A DNA stretch of 54,000 bases, the filler included, from Basidiobolus ranarum (taxonomy: Eukaryota): NCBI GenBank assembly GCA_040143965.1. It is 4 parts of 4 records of this genome, joined end to end, with 100 filler letters (N's around TTAATTAATTAA, not from the genome) between each part and the next. Parts side by side here need not be neighbours in the genome. Positions count along the whole stretch, not along the records: positions 1 to 13,441 come from JASJQH010000482.1; positions 13,542 to 26,978 come from JASJQH010000483.1; 2 more parts are not named here. One strand, 5' to 3'. The notes below the pieces were generated by a model. That model worked only from the letters and a program-made list of their open reading frames with translations. It made no database searches and was not told where the DNA came from. The translations under genes were made by a program, and so were the position numbers. Positions 12,790 through 24,603 of the stretch are shown in pieces. Position 1 is the first letter of the stretch; each line of letters begins with the position of its first letter.

Positions 12790-13441
12790 CAGAATGCCAC
12801 TTGCACAAAATGATTCCTTAGGCTTAGGGGGATGAAAGGACTGGAAGGTGCAATATCAATTAAACAATTGAATCAAACACAATAAATAAATAAGCCAATA
12901 AGAATATAAAATTAAAAGATATAGTCAAATAGTTGACAAACTAGAGATTCCTAGTGATCTAGGCCTAAGAGGGTTCCTGATAGGATGGAGCCAAGGGTAG
13001 AGAATTCAAGAAGGGATGGGACCTTAGGAGAGTGTTCCAGAATGGTAGTCTTCTGCATACACATACATCTAGGGTTATAAGCACTGTTGAGAATTTTTTT
13101 GATAGTTTAGGGTTAGGGTTAGGCTTTCATAATCTTTATTAGGAATATCAGATTGTGCTTACAAATTTAATATATGGAAAGAACTATTAATCTTGTGGGG
13201 ATATATGTACCAAAAGGGTTAGGGGGGAGACAGTCACCAACAGGTGATATCTTTATTACAAACAAAACAAAGAAGCCATAACTACTTTTGTAGTTTCTTA
13301 ACTAATGTATGGAGATCAGGAATATTGGTATGAATGTTGCAAAGCAGAAAAGTTAAGTCAGTAGAATCTAAGACACTATTAAGTGGAGTGGGAGGGAGTA
13401 ACACAGGTAAAAATGGTTTGTCAACAATAGAAATTAGTGGA
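12790..13441. repeat. CpG-free AT-rich tract at contig end with short (TTAGGG)n, probable degenerate repeat
   Basis: No CpG seen by eye; TTAGGGTTAGGGTTAGG at 13107-13123; no ORF. Confidence 0.4.
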
Positions 13442-13541
13442 NNNNNNNNNNNNNNNNNNNNNNNNNNNNNNNNNNNNNNNNNNNNTTAATTAATTAANNN
13501 NNNNNNNNNNNNNNNNNNNNNNNNNNNNNNNNNNNNNNNNN
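13442..13541. other. Artificial contig spacer N44-TTAATTAATTAA-N44
   Basis: Exactly 100 bp; the core carries stops in all six frames; identical to the two other spacers. Confidence 0.97.
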
Positions 13542-14079
13542 TGTTCCTTTTTGGTAAATGGGCCCTGTGTCTCAGCATTAAAGATCAAAGCGGACGCAGG
13601 TATTTGTACTAAAAGTGATAAAAAGTCCACTGACTACGGAGATAATGGAAGCTAATCTTGGAAGAAAGGGGGGTACAGGTCTCAAAACGGGATCCTATTC
13701 AGACAAGAGCTCTACTAGTCCAAATCAACCTGGAAAAGATAGTAGTGGGAGTGGTACCTATCCCAGTGTAAATCCAGGTGATAAAGGCAGTTCAATGGGA
13801 CATCAAAACCCAGCTGGCGGTGGAAGTAGTGACAAGTACACGGCTCCTGCCAAAGATGGCTACACTAAGGGAAGCAAAACAGCATCTCCGCCTTCGTGTA
13901 ATGATATTTGTAACAGCCTAAGTCTTCTTGGAGTTAAGGTTGATGCCAGCATATGTCTCAGCAAGAAAAACATAGACCCCACGGCATCAGTATTTTCAGC
14001 TGATACAGGATGTGCAACTCTAATTGCCAATGCCAAACTACTAGGTATTGCCCATGTCGATGTGTCTCTATGTCATTAA
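13542..14079 (+). CDS. Low-complexity protein with Cys-bounded hydrophobic repeats (5' truncated by contig edge, apparent frameshift near 13650)
   Basis: G/S/K/P-rich linker, then CNDICNSLSLLGVKVDASIC and CATLIANAKLLGIAHVDVSLC. A third similar unit (CVSALKIKADAGIC) lies upstream in another frame. Confidence 0.65.
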
Positions 14080-14388
14080 GTAGAAGAAATGGAAGTCGTT
14101 TTGCAGGTCAAACGAATCCTGAGTATATCAATATTGAAGGCGGGATAAACTCCAAGATATTTCAGAGAGTAAAATGCAATTTTTCTAACATGACCAGAAT
14201 ACTTTAAAGTGTAGACACTATACATGCTAACGAAGCCAGAGATACTGCTCTTCAAAAACTATCTGTATTTGGCACAATGTGCTAACTTACGCTCAAGCGT
14301 GTTAATGACCAGATGTTTCTTTCTTTTATAGTTTTTATTGATATGGTCTGTATTGTATAGTATCTTGACACCAATTATGTAAAATATA

Positions 14389-14461
14389 CAACCCAACCGG
14401 GGGTCGAACCCGGGGCCTTCCGCTTAGGAGGCGGACGCTCTATCCACTGAGCTACAGGGCC
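14389..14461 (-). tRNA. tRNA-Arg(CCT), intronless
   Basis: GGCCCTGTAGCTCAGTGGATAGAGCGTCCGCCTCCTAAGCGGAAGGCCCCGGGTTCGACCCCCGGTTGGGTTG. D, anticodon and T arms are intact with A and B boxes; downstream T run; weak acceptor stem. Confidence 0.9.
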
Positions 14462-14643
14462 TTTTTGTTATTATTCCCAATAGGATGAAATGGTAGCCCA
14501 GCATCTTATATATATAAAGGTAGGTACTTGATACCTGTAATAATAGTTTTAGCTAACCTATCTCTATTTCTGCACTATTAACTAATAACATATCTATCGA
14601 TAATTTTACTCTGTCGTTACTGAATTACTTACCAAAATCGAAG

Positions 14644-15370
14644 TTAAACTCTATTTTGGATAAATCTCGAAAATAATATTGCAGGAATATAGGTCATTCT
14701 CCCCTCCCCTGCAGTACCCTTCAAGGCAGTAGTAATGTGAGTTCCCACCAAATTACCCACTATAGTGATAACAAATACTAATCCCAATGCGTTACTCATT
14801 TTTTGAACACCTATTAAAATGAGAAGATAAAGAAAAGCTAACAAATCCACCGCCAAAAATCTATAAGCAAGTACAAAGACACAAAGCCTGCAATGCATAT
14901 ATGAGACGGCAACCTGGTTCTTTACTGAACCATTCAGCAATGATGTTCACGGATGGAAAAAATACAAATGAAGTGCGTATCCCATACAAGACTCCTTGAG
15001 TAAGGAAATGGTGCCATGATTATTTTCACAAGCCGTTAATTGAATGCAGACTCCAGGAACATGGTCTTTAGTGATCACTTTACCTCTGTAGCAAACGAAG
15101 CTAGTAGTATTCCTAGTGAAAGTAAAACCGAGTCCAATCCCACTAGCTTTCTATATCCAAAACGATTGATAAGAGGACCATTTATCGGGCCCAAAACTAC
15201 GATTAAAATAGTTCCAACAGTCCCTACCAAAGCCAAAGCGGAAACGGACATTCTTTCATGGACAAACTCCCGGTAGTAGTAATCTTCGTAGATACCTCAA
15301 GTGAAATTGTATCCGAATATCGCCCATTGGCATAGGAAAGAACCAGCGACCACAAACCACCTACGCTCCG
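14644..15370 (-). pseudogene. Monocarboxylate-transporter-type (Mch/MCT) MFS pseudogene
   Basis: WFVVAGSFLCQWAIFGYNFT*GIYEDYYY has a TGA where Trp is expected. Also LGPINGPLINRFGYRKL, WHHFLTQGVLYGIRTSFVFFPSVNIIAEWFSK, then a jump to C-terminal helices (ALGLVFVITIVGNLVG). No start codon; large internal deletion. Confidence 0.8.
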
Positions 15371-16315
15371 ATTTATTAGTAAAAAAAAAGATTAAATCAA
15401 AATAAGCCATTTGAGTTTATTTATTTCCTACAATACTCATCTATTTTGCTACTTGACATCTTAATATGCTAGTATACACCTTGTACTTAGGGGGTAATGG
15501 AGGGAAATATAAATTTGAACAGTTTCATGCCAATTGCTGAATATATTGTATACATTATTGTTTAGGCACCATGCTTAATAATATAACACCATTGTGATAT
15601 TTGGGACACAAAGTTACATACACTGAATGAATCACTTTTATTCTCTTGACCACTTTTACTTGGGTTTGATTCAATGCATAGAAACAATCACCAGTGATTT
15701 ACTTAACATTTGGAATACTCCACAACAGATTGCAAACACCGACTAAAGTTACTTATATTGAGTAGATTGCTAAAAGCAACAGGATATCTATCTAGTTACT
15801 GCTTAAGTCAATAGTAACCAAACTAACTATAACAGCCACAACGAAGTAAGCAATCAAGACATCGACAGGACCAGTCATAACTTTCGTAGTTAACTGTTCA
15901 AATAGAAAAGTTAGGACCGAGATCATGGTTTCCAAAGCAGCATTGGTAGCGTGTTATCAACTAGAGTGCCTTGTACTATGCAGATCAACTTAAGGCTTGT
16001 AGTACTCTGACTCCTCACACTTGTACCTAGGTCATTTAGAAACTGAGTAGAACTTGCCCGGTTTTATCAAAGGTGATACACATCATCAAGCTCACTGTAG
16101 GATTATGACGTGAGCTTAGACCAGAGAAGCCTTGGTAATTATCCAGTATGATATGCCAGTGAATCCTCAGTTGTGTGGGCAAAAGTGACCCTACTCTGTA
16201 ATACCTTTGCAAGGGTTTTAAGAGAGGTGTGTAATCGCACTTTAAATCGGCAAAATTTTCACCACTCCGGGAAATTCCACATGCATGCTTTCTCCTCTAT
16301 AATACTGTTATGGCA

Positions 16316-16577
16316 TTGACCATGTTTTTCATTTGAGATATAGTATCTTGCAAAAGTAGATTGAATGAGTTGGCAATATGCTGCACTGAACCTTATATAT
16401 ACTTTTCAAATGGCCAACGCAACCGCCACCATCTACATTTGACCTCCATTGCAGTTGTCTCCAAGTCTGTTTTATTCCCACTTTTCGTTGATCTGGCTAC
16501 TTTCACCAGCACATGAATCACAACCACATTTATAGAATATCCTGTTTCCTCCCTGTTATTCCAACTTTTCTCTTATT
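16316..16577 (-). repeat. Inverted copy (~260 bp) of 17517-17778 (subtilisin promoter, 5' UTR and start)
   Basis: The reverse complement matches 17517-17778 almost base for base, including TATATATAAGG. Confidence 0.93.
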
Positions 16578-17516
16578 CATCCCAACTCTCATGCTCAAAT
16601 AGGTTCCCATGACGGCATTGATATGTTTGATTAGAAGAGATACTCGATCGGATCACTTTACGAGCTGTGTTGATTCCTCGTGTTTGGATTAGACTTATTC
16701 CCACCCATTATTTACTTCACTGCATGCTAATAATATCTTCTTATCAGCAGCGGACCAGGATTCTTCTACCAATAGGTAAGCTAGGTAAAAACTATCAAAT
16801 ATATACAAAAACAGGAGTCATGTCGTAGTAGAATTTAGTGTAGCGATAGGTAACCTGAAGCTTGTGATAAGTGTCGATCATGTACTATTTCGGGCAAGTA
16901 TCTCCCATGACACTCATTACATCTTAGTGTTTCTTCTCATCTAATATGAAAATACTAGTTCTAATTTCATTGAAGATTGGAAAACGACAATTGGTATATT
17001 GTAGGATATGGGCATGGATATAGATATAGAAGTATTAGATGCCGCTAGATTCTTTCAAGTAACAAATTGGTAGCATTAAATGGACAAGGAAGCCATTACA
17101 TATAACCAAAAATAGTCAACAGGGTCTTCATTTACTTCTCCAGATTTTTTTAATATGTAAAAGTCATCACTTTCGCTTGTAAAACTGGATGGAAAGTGTA
17201 TAAATAGCGCAGTTTTATCTCTCGGGTGGATGTAGCACTATATATGAATCTAAAGATAGCCACAAAACCGTATTGAAGTCACGAATAAGCCGATACATTA
17301 ACCATATGCTCTAATATCGACTAGACCATGATTAAAATGCCATTTTAGACATTAGAATGCACATCAATAAAGATAAAGAAGGGAAAATGTATTTGTGTTA
17401 CTAAGGCAACGGGCTTTATAAGTCAGCAGTTCGTAGCCCTACACATTTTCACGTTGTAGGAAATGTCAACACAAGTGTGTATAGACATCTACTACAATTT
17501 GCTCTTCTGAGGGATT

Positions 17517-17778
17517 AATTAAGAGAACAGTTGGAATAACAGGGAGGAAACAGGATATTCTATAAATGTGGTTGTGATTCATGTGCTGGTGAAAGTAGCC
17601 AGATCAACGAAAAGTGGGAATAAAACAGACTTGGAGACAACTGCAATGGAGGTCAAATGCAGATGGTGGCGGTTGCGGTGACCATTTGAAAAGTATATAT
17701 AAGGTTCAGTACAACCTATTGCCAACTCATTCAATCTACTTTTGCAAGATACTATATCTCAAAAGAAAACCTGGTCAA
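17517..17778 (+). promoter_or_regulatory. Subtilisin upstream region with TATA box (~17694-17702); partner of the inverted repeat
   Basis: TATATATAA about 70 bp upstream of the degenerate start; duplicated in inverted orientation at 16316-16577. Confidence 0.7.
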
Positions 17779-18850
17779 CCTTCGTACTTTCCTCTTGGCT
17801 CTCTCTTGGCAGTCTTGCTGACCGTTTCATCTGCGGAGTCTCAACATCCTGATATCTCTAACCGCTACATTGTCAAGATCAAGAACGGGGCTGATCTAAA
17901 AAAAGGTAAGTGTGACAATCCATAATGCTTTGCTGTTTACTGAAGTGAAGTGATGAGAATCGAGCTAACAATTATGTTCTCTATCTTCTGTTCATTATTC
18001 CTCACTCCACGTCTGACCTTGCTCCCTCTTGCTCTCCTCCACCTCTCGTGTCGCTCAACAAACATACACTTGGGACCATATTGACCTTGTCAATCACAGT
18101 TGATGTCTTCTTGAAATCCAAACTGGATCAGTTCAACCGTGGTCGTAGTGGTAACAGTACACTCCGAAATGAACTTCGAAACAAATTCACCTTGGAAAAT
18201 TTCAATGCTTACTCTGGTACACTTAGTCAAACATTGGCTGGAGAACTCCGAAGCAATGCTGATGTGGAGTTTATTGAAGCTGAGCAAATCTTCACTATAT
18301 CTGGAGTACAAGCCAACCCACCTAGCTGGGACCTTCCCAGAATCTCTGAGCGTGCTCTGGATACCTCAGCACCATACAACTATCCTGACCCAGCTGGTCA
18401 AGGTGTGGATGTGTACATCATCGATACCGGAATCAACGTAAGCCATAACGAGTTCGGTGGCAGAGCCACTCTTCCTATCAGTTTCATCAGCGGTGAGTCG
18501 ACCGCCGATCTTCATGGACACGGGACTCATATCTCGGGTACCATAGGTGGGGCTACCTATGGCGTAGCCAAGAAAGTCAATCAGGCCGTAAGAGTGTAGC
18601 CAATATGTCACTTGGTGGTGGGGATAGTGAGTCACTTAATCAAGCTGTCAATGCGGCTGTTCAAGCTGGAGTCACCTTCATTGTTGCCGCTGGTAACGAA
18701 AGCCAGGATGCCTGCAATGTTTCCTCAGCCAATGCTGCCTCCGCATTTGCAGTTGGTGCTACCACCGACAGTGATACCGCTGCCAGCTTCAGTAACTTTG
18801 TATTAAATGATACTACGATACTCCAAAAATTCCTTCAATCTGGGATATGA
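17771..18850 (+). pseudogene. Proteinase K-like subtilisin (S8A with I9 propeptide) pseudogene
   Basis: NRYIVKIK propeptide, intron 17906-18099, WDLPRIS, VDVYIIDTGI (catalytic Asp), HGHGTHISGTIG (His), ANMSLGGG, VAAGNE. The start reads CTG and the signal peptide is frameshifted. A deletion with frameshift follows AKKVN, and the gene is truncated after ASFSNF with no GTSMA Ser motif. Confidence 0.88.
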
Positions 18851-19311
18851 ATGTATTGATGAAATATGCTTTCTTGTTGCTTACAGCATCAAATTAAGTA
18901 TTCCGGTGTTTATAAGTATTCTGGTGTTTAGAATGATGGTTGGAATGGATTTGAGTTAAACATATTTGGGATCCGATTTAAAAATACATTTGAGAAAGAT
19001 TAAAGATTAGTACACATAGGTCAAATGAATTAGGCATATGTGTTTGTCACACCAGCATTTACAAAGCAAAAATAAAGATTAAAGTACCAAAGATACAAGG
19101 TATTTTATATCATTGTATTATCATTTTGCTTAATTCTCAGACTGCTTGTAACAAAAGAATGATCTTCAATATTGCGGTGTATGGACGGGGATGCATGAAT
19201 AAAATGTGCTAACTATTATGCGGTATGCCTACAATGAGCTAGTTACATCTTGGCTTGCGTACAAAGACTAGAGTACAAAAGCAATGGGATTTTTAACAAA
19301 AAGAAAGAAGA

Positions 19312-21834
19312 TCAAGCCTCAATATCGGACATGACTGTCAAAGCACCAAACCCACGTAGAGAGATGATAGTCCAATCTGGCATCGCTTCTTGGAAAGGTT
19401 CAAAAGTAGGAAGATGCTTGCGATAATTATCATAGTAGCATTTTATGGAGATCGGATGAGTTTTCAGCTGCTGAGCTCTTATGCCAAGGGTAATATTTTT
19501 TTCGAATTCTCTTTTGAAAACGAAAAGATTTTTGCCGATATTCTCTTTGCTCTTTTCATCTTTTTCATTTAGATCCTCTTCAATCAAATCACCATTGATC
19601 AGGTATTCCTCAGCAGGGTCGTAGTTCAATAAGAAGCTACATGTTCTGGTTTCAGGGGCGAATATAGTTATCTCTTTTTCACTTCTACCATCAGATAAAA
19701 GAATGGTATTTACATGGGTTGTTATAGGTGATTGTTCATGATTCAATTTTGAGAAAACGGGCTTGGACGTGGAATTCCAACTACACTCATATATTCCAGA
19801 GTCGAGATGACAGGTTCTATTGAAATTGGTGGATTCAATGGACTCCAAAAGCTCGGGTAAGTTACAGGCTGATCTCAATATGGTCCAGCTATTTCCGGTC
19901 AATGGCTCATAATAAGCATTATGGAATACGCGAATTGGTGCTTCAGAATTATAAGGAAACAAGACTCCGGTTAATATTGCCATGATCAAGACCCATAAGG
20001 TGAGTAGGCTCACTAAATTGGGGAAGGAGCCTCCTCTTTGAATCCATGGAATTACGCATATAAAGCAGGTAGTGAACCCAATGGAAAATAGCACATACAC
20101 CATGAAAGCCGGTGTTCCATCGGCCACAACTTGAGAAGTAGAGTCAACCAATATATGAACTATATCAACGATTAGGAAAAGAGGAGGTATACAGCTAACC
20201 ATCATTCGGATGGGCCATATCCATGTACTAATTGAGTTGGATTTGTTCCAACTACTCCAACGGAACTCGACCCCTTCTAAGATGAAACCACCAACAACAT
20301 GGGCTACTGTAAGCCACGATACATAATAGAAAATTCCCATTCCGTAAGCACTAGCAATAACTGCAATCAAAGTAGAAAACCACCAAACGATCGTCATTCC
20401 ATGGAAAGCAAGGCGATCTCGGCTCAAGGTGGACTTGAGGACAAAAGTGCTACCGAAATGCCTATTTTCTAACCATCTCCATAACCATTGGGCCATTGCA
20501 AATGCCCATATAGTAGTAGAGGTGAAAGCAAACATCACCAAGGTTGGCCAGCCATACACAACGTTTCCGTTCACTTTAGAGAGATAGAACCCAAATAGTA
20601 CGTTAAATAAAATTCCAAAGATGATAGTCAATGCTGTAGCAACGAAGGCTCTCAACAAAGGAAAGAAGAAAGTTCTAAGGGTAAGTTGATGGCTTTTTCT
20701 TGCGATTTGCTGATTCATATGACGATAGCCACGAAAGTAGAAGAGGGGTATAAATACTAGGAGAGCGATGTTGATACTGCTGTACCATTTGAAGCCATAA
20801 ACCATTGTGATTTTTCCAAGGATATCGTAATGAACTGCCGGCTCTACAGGCTGGTTAGGATCTCTGTATAGATACTCTGAATTGGCTAGAGCTTTTGTGG
20901 TAGCAAGGGTTGCATCCCCCATTTGTTGTACCGAGCGAGGTGAGGTAAAGTTCAAGTTATCCAATAAGGTATGATAGTGAGATCTGCGTTTATAAAAAGC
21001 GATATCAAGTCCGGGTATGTTGTACCTGTAAGCATAGACTTGGAAGTCAGTGCTGGATCTGATTAAACCCAATTTAAATACATCATTAGCGATGACTGAG
21101 GTATGTGGAAAAGGAGATTGCGAGTAAAATTGGTTCAATGGTAGATCAGAGGAGCGAAATACCATCGATTTACCACCAGCACCGGCACCCTCTAAATTGA
21201 TGAATGCGCGAACATCTTTAGACCAGGGATGTTTCATGAAACCTTCACTACCGAGTAAGCCGGTTTCTTCACAGTTGTTGAGGTTTAATATTACTGTATC
21301 CGCAATAGGATTTTCGATTATGGAACGCGCAACCTCCAATGCGACCACTACTCCTATCCCGTTGTCTGTAACACCATGACTAAAGGGAACACTATCAAAA
21401 TGCGCTGAAATTAGCAAAGCTTCAGAACGCTGTTTGGTGCCCTCGATGCGCAATAGTAAATTGCTGGATTCGAAGTAACGCCAACCCGAGTACGGTCCAC
21501 CGCTCAAGCTAAAACCAGTGTAAGTGCTGTTGTCATTAATATCCAACTCTACCTTACGATTCAGAGCCTTTCCTCTTTCAGAGAGCTCTAGCAATACTTT
21601 ACTCAGATATTCCTGAGTTTTTAGGTTCGTCTCGGAATTGAAGGGATGTGGCTCAGTAGTAAATTGCTCGAGTTGTTTCCAAGCTCTCATGGCGGAAAAG
21701 TCACTAATTTCATTATCAGGTAAAGCTGCAGGCAGGCTTTCACGTACATAAGAAACTATTGTAAAGGTAAGAGCATATACTGCTATGAGAAAAGAGTACA
21801 CTATGCTCGCATTTTTGCTAGGTAGGTACAACAT
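19312..21834 (-). CDS. M28-family membrane metallopeptidase (Pff1/ERMP1-like)
   Basis: Intact 840-aa ORF with SAHFDSV, GVTDNGIG, NNCEETGLLG, FINLEGAGAGG, PGLDIAFY..RSHYHT, followed by multiple TM helices. Confidence 0.93.
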   Translation of the reverse strand: MLYLPSKNASIVYSFLIAVYALTFTIVSYVRESLPAALPDNEISDFSAMRAWKQLEQFTTEPHPFNSETNLKTQEYLSKVLLELSERGKALNRKVELDINDNSTYTGFSLSGGPYSGWRYFESSNLLLRIEGTKQRSEALLISAHFDSVPFSHGVTDNGIGVVVALEVARSIIENPIADTVILNLNNCEETGLLGSEGFMKHPWSKDVRAFINLEGAGAGGKSMVFRSSDLPLNQFYSQSPFPHTSVIANDVFKLGLIRSSTDFQVYAYRYNIPGLDIAFYKRRSHYHTLLDNLNFTSPRSVQQMGDATLATTKALANSEYLYRDPNQPVEPAVHYDILGKITMVYGFKWYSSINIALLVFIPLFYFRGYRHMNQQIARKSHQLTLRTFFFPLLRAFVATALTIIFGILFNVLFGFYLSKVNGNVVYGWPTLVMFAFTSTTIWAFAMAQWLWRWLENRHFGSTFVLKSTLSRDRLAFHGMTIVWWFSTLIAVIASAYGMGIFYYVSWLTVAHVVGGFILEGVEFRWSSWNKSNSISTWIWPIRMMVSCIPPLFLIVDIVHILVDSTSQVVADGTPAFMVYVLFSIGFTTCFICVIPWIQRGGSFPNLVSLLTLWVLIMAILTGVLFPYNSEAPIRVFHNAYYEPLTGNSWTILRSACNLPELLESIESTNFNRTCHLDSGIYECSWNSTSKPVFSKLNHEQSPITTHVNTILLSDGRSEKEITIFAPETRTCSFLLNYDPAEEYLINGDLIEEDLNEKDEKSKENIGKNLFVFKREFEKNITLGIRAQQLKTHPISIKCYYDNYRKHLPTFEPFQEAMPDWTIISLRGFGALTVMSDIEA

Positions 21835-22780
21835 TTTGATTCACTAGCAAGTGAAAGCTACCTCTCTGACGTGTTATTTATACTTTAACGTCATGATTCT
21901 ACTTAGGGTCTAATAAATTATTTGGGGAGCAATAGTAGGGAGGATTAAGTTGAGATTCGCCCGTCGGTTCGTCGGTATTTCAATGAAAGATGCTAAACCA
22001 ATACCCGATAAAATCAGCACGATAAAATAAGCAATAAAATCTCCGATTTGAATCTTTTTGCGCATGATGAAATATACCATATCTGGTTGTGTAGTGACGT
22101 GTCCAAGAAATACGCATTAATCACTGAATTGGGTTAAGCGCGTCAAGTGAGAACTTATCAATATCATGCATATTGGGAATGTAGATTGGGAATATATAAT
22201 GCACCATACAATGCACCGAGCACCGAGAAAGAGATCCTTTCTAAGAGACAAGCTAAATTGTCTAAATGATAGTGCTTGCTATTCCTACTTCGATTGAGAG
22301 CACCTGATGTTAAAGATGTGAATGTAGGCTGAAATTATCCAAATAAAAAATATCCTAATCATCAAATATCGATAAATACAGGAGATACAAATGTAAATCT
22401 CTACTGTTGTTGTATTTTGGTGAGAATACGATCAGCAAGAACAGGAAACAGATCAAAATAGACTGAGGTCTAGACTCATATCAACCCATTACTCGGCCTT
22501 TTCCCTTATAGTAATTCGTACAAAAATACTTCTGACAATTGTTTATTAACTGCTGGGTATTGATGCGTACAGAGTGAATTAATGAATGGTAGATACGTAA
22601 TATAAGAACAATCAAGCATTTATGGTCTTTTGTCACAGCAGCGCTTTTCGACATCAGGAAGTGGTGCACTGAGTGCAACTGTTGCCACGGTCAGAACCAA
22701 GATCACAGTAGCCAAGATACGGGTTACGTGGAAATTCATTTTGGTTTCGATAATGTCAGCTGATTAAGTATCAAGGTATC

Positions 22781-22880
22781 AGAGAGTAACTGTGAGGTGC
22801 TGTCTAGAGAGTGACTGTGAGGTGTTGTTTAGAGAGTGACTGTGAGGTGTTGTTTAGAGAGTGGCTGTGAATTGTTGTTT
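22781..22880. repeat. Minisatellite, 4 x 25 bp (AGAGAGTGACTGTGAGGTGTTGTTT)
   Basis: Four head-to-tail copies with few substitutions and no spacers. Confidence 0.92.
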
Positions 22881-23796
22881 TAGAAGCGCCTTGGGTTGGA
22901 TTTATATATCTAGCCAATTTAATCTAACCATATGGCACAGGACAAACTCAGGTACAAATAACTTCACCCTCGCTCTCGCCCTCACCTTTACCTTCACCTT
23001 CTCCTATATCCTTAATCATGTGGCAATATTGTTTTCATGTCATGCAACGATCTTTTTCTATTTTGATACAAGCTACGATAGAAACTACAATACCCCAGGC
23101 TGCTTTAGTTCTAATGGACTCAGTCAGAAGAATACATTTCCAATCCTATTCACCCATGATTATTAGGTACATTGCATCTCGGATCTACCGGAAAGATTTA
23201 CGATGCCTTAGGTTCATTATCGTAAATGTCAAAGCTGATTGACCGCCACGCACTAACCTCACATGGATTAAGCCAATTAAAAACGTTTAGCAGGAGATAC
23301 ATATTTCTGAGGAGATTAGAAGACTCCAACCACTTCTATCCAGGATATAGTTCTCTTTAAGGAGTTTTCCAATCCGTCACTAAGGAAGAAGTGCGAATTG
23401 TTCATAGATAAGTTATTAAAGAGAAGTGCAATGTATAGCTAACTGAAGAGAAGTACGAATAACTCAATATTTCAACCTGACTGCTTTGCCCTCTAACTAC
23501 TCGTCAGCATGGCTTATCACGACATGTTGACTATTTAAACCTGAATAGAACACATGCAGGATGGTATAATTAGTAATCAGCCAATGATGGGCCATGTTGG
23601 CCACTCATCTGCATATTTATGCAACTAATTATCAAGGCAAAGCCAAGGGATGAGACAGGTGACATAATGATCTGACAGATACTGGAGCACATTTCGAACG
23701 AATTTATAAACAAAATTAACAAAAACCAGCTAAATTCACCCACACATCACTGCTATTAATTGATAATTTTAAGGTACAAGAATCTCTATTTTACAG

Positions 23797-24603
23797 TCAG
23801 GATACGTGCTTGATGATACTAGCAACGCCACTAGTGGTGAGTTCCGTTCCGGCAGAATCATCTTCTTTCACTCTTGATGAATAATCTACAACTAGTGCGT
23901 TCACATTCAAGTCAACGCAACAAAGAAGTAAGCACTCTTTATAAGATATTAGCGGCCATGCCAAACAAACTGCCAGGTTTGCTGAAGTGAAGACCAGTGC
24001 CACTACTGACGCACATAGTGTACGTTTGGCTAAATTATGAAACTTCGACCTGGATGGAGACCATCTGGTAGTCGTGAATAATGGGATAACGAATAGTATT
24101 GTCAAGTATAGGTTTAGAGTCACATCGTAAGCTAGAAGCGCGACAATCGTATGAAAGTTGAATTTAATCTGGCAACCCTGAGAGAAATCCATCATATGAG
24201 TGTCGTAGACTATGACAATCACCAGCAGAGTTAAGCTCAGAGAAATGAGAAGCCCATGGAACCAATAGAGTTTGAACTGTCTTCGTGTTGACATACCCCC
24301 TTTGATGATGTATACTCGCTCCACAAAGTATAGGTAAGTGATATTTTTCGTGCTCAAGTAGCACACTGGACACAGCCAAGCAAATATTTGACATGATTGA
24401 GCAACGACATGATTGACATAGAGCATAATGTTTGCCATAATATTCCAAACAACGGTGAAGCAAAGTATTCCAGTGATGAGAAAATTAACGTATGTTGTAT
24501 TCTTACCAAGACGCTGACCTATACACACTGATACTAAACACGGACATAATGTGAAGAGGATTTGGCACGAAAGGTAATAAGCACTAAAGTCGGAGTTTTC
24601 CAT
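23797..24603 (-). CDS. Uncharacterised multi-pass (probably 7TM, GPCR-like) fungal membrane protein
   Basis: 268-aa intronless ORF with about seven hydrophobic segments; YLYFVERV at the end of TM3; Cys at the start of TM3 and in the loop before TM5; LAKRTL before TM6. Confidence 0.75.
   Translation of the reverse strand: MENSDFSAYYLSCQILFTLCPCLVSVCIGQRLGKNTTYVNFLITGILCFTVVWNIMANIMLYVNHVVAQSCQIFAWLCPVCYLSTKNITYLYFVERVYIIKGGMSTRRQFKLYWFHGLLISLSLTLLVIVIVYDTHMMDFSQGCQIKFNFHTIVALLAYDVTLNLYLTILFVIPLFTTTRWSPSRSKFHNLAKRTLCASVVALVFTSANLAVCLAWPLISYKECLLLCCVDLNVNALVVDYSSRVKEDDSAGTELTTSGVASIIKHVS

Noticed and set aside
13486-13497. TTAATTAATTAA palindrome as a biological site (e.g. piggyBac TTAA target)
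   Set aside because: It is centred in identical N44 flanks three times, so it is an assembly linker.
15296-15299. TGA as Trp or Sec recoding in the MCT gene
   Set aside because: Other genes here use TGG for Trp and TGA as stop, and the gene has further lesions.
17771-17773. Non-AUG (CUG) initiation of a functional subtilisin
   Set aside because: Additional frameshifts, an internal deletion and the missing catalytic Ser indicate a pseudogene.
22781-22880. 25-bp repeats as a CRISPR array
   Set aside because: Head-to-tail copies with no unique spacers, no cas genes and a eukaryotic context: a minisatellite.
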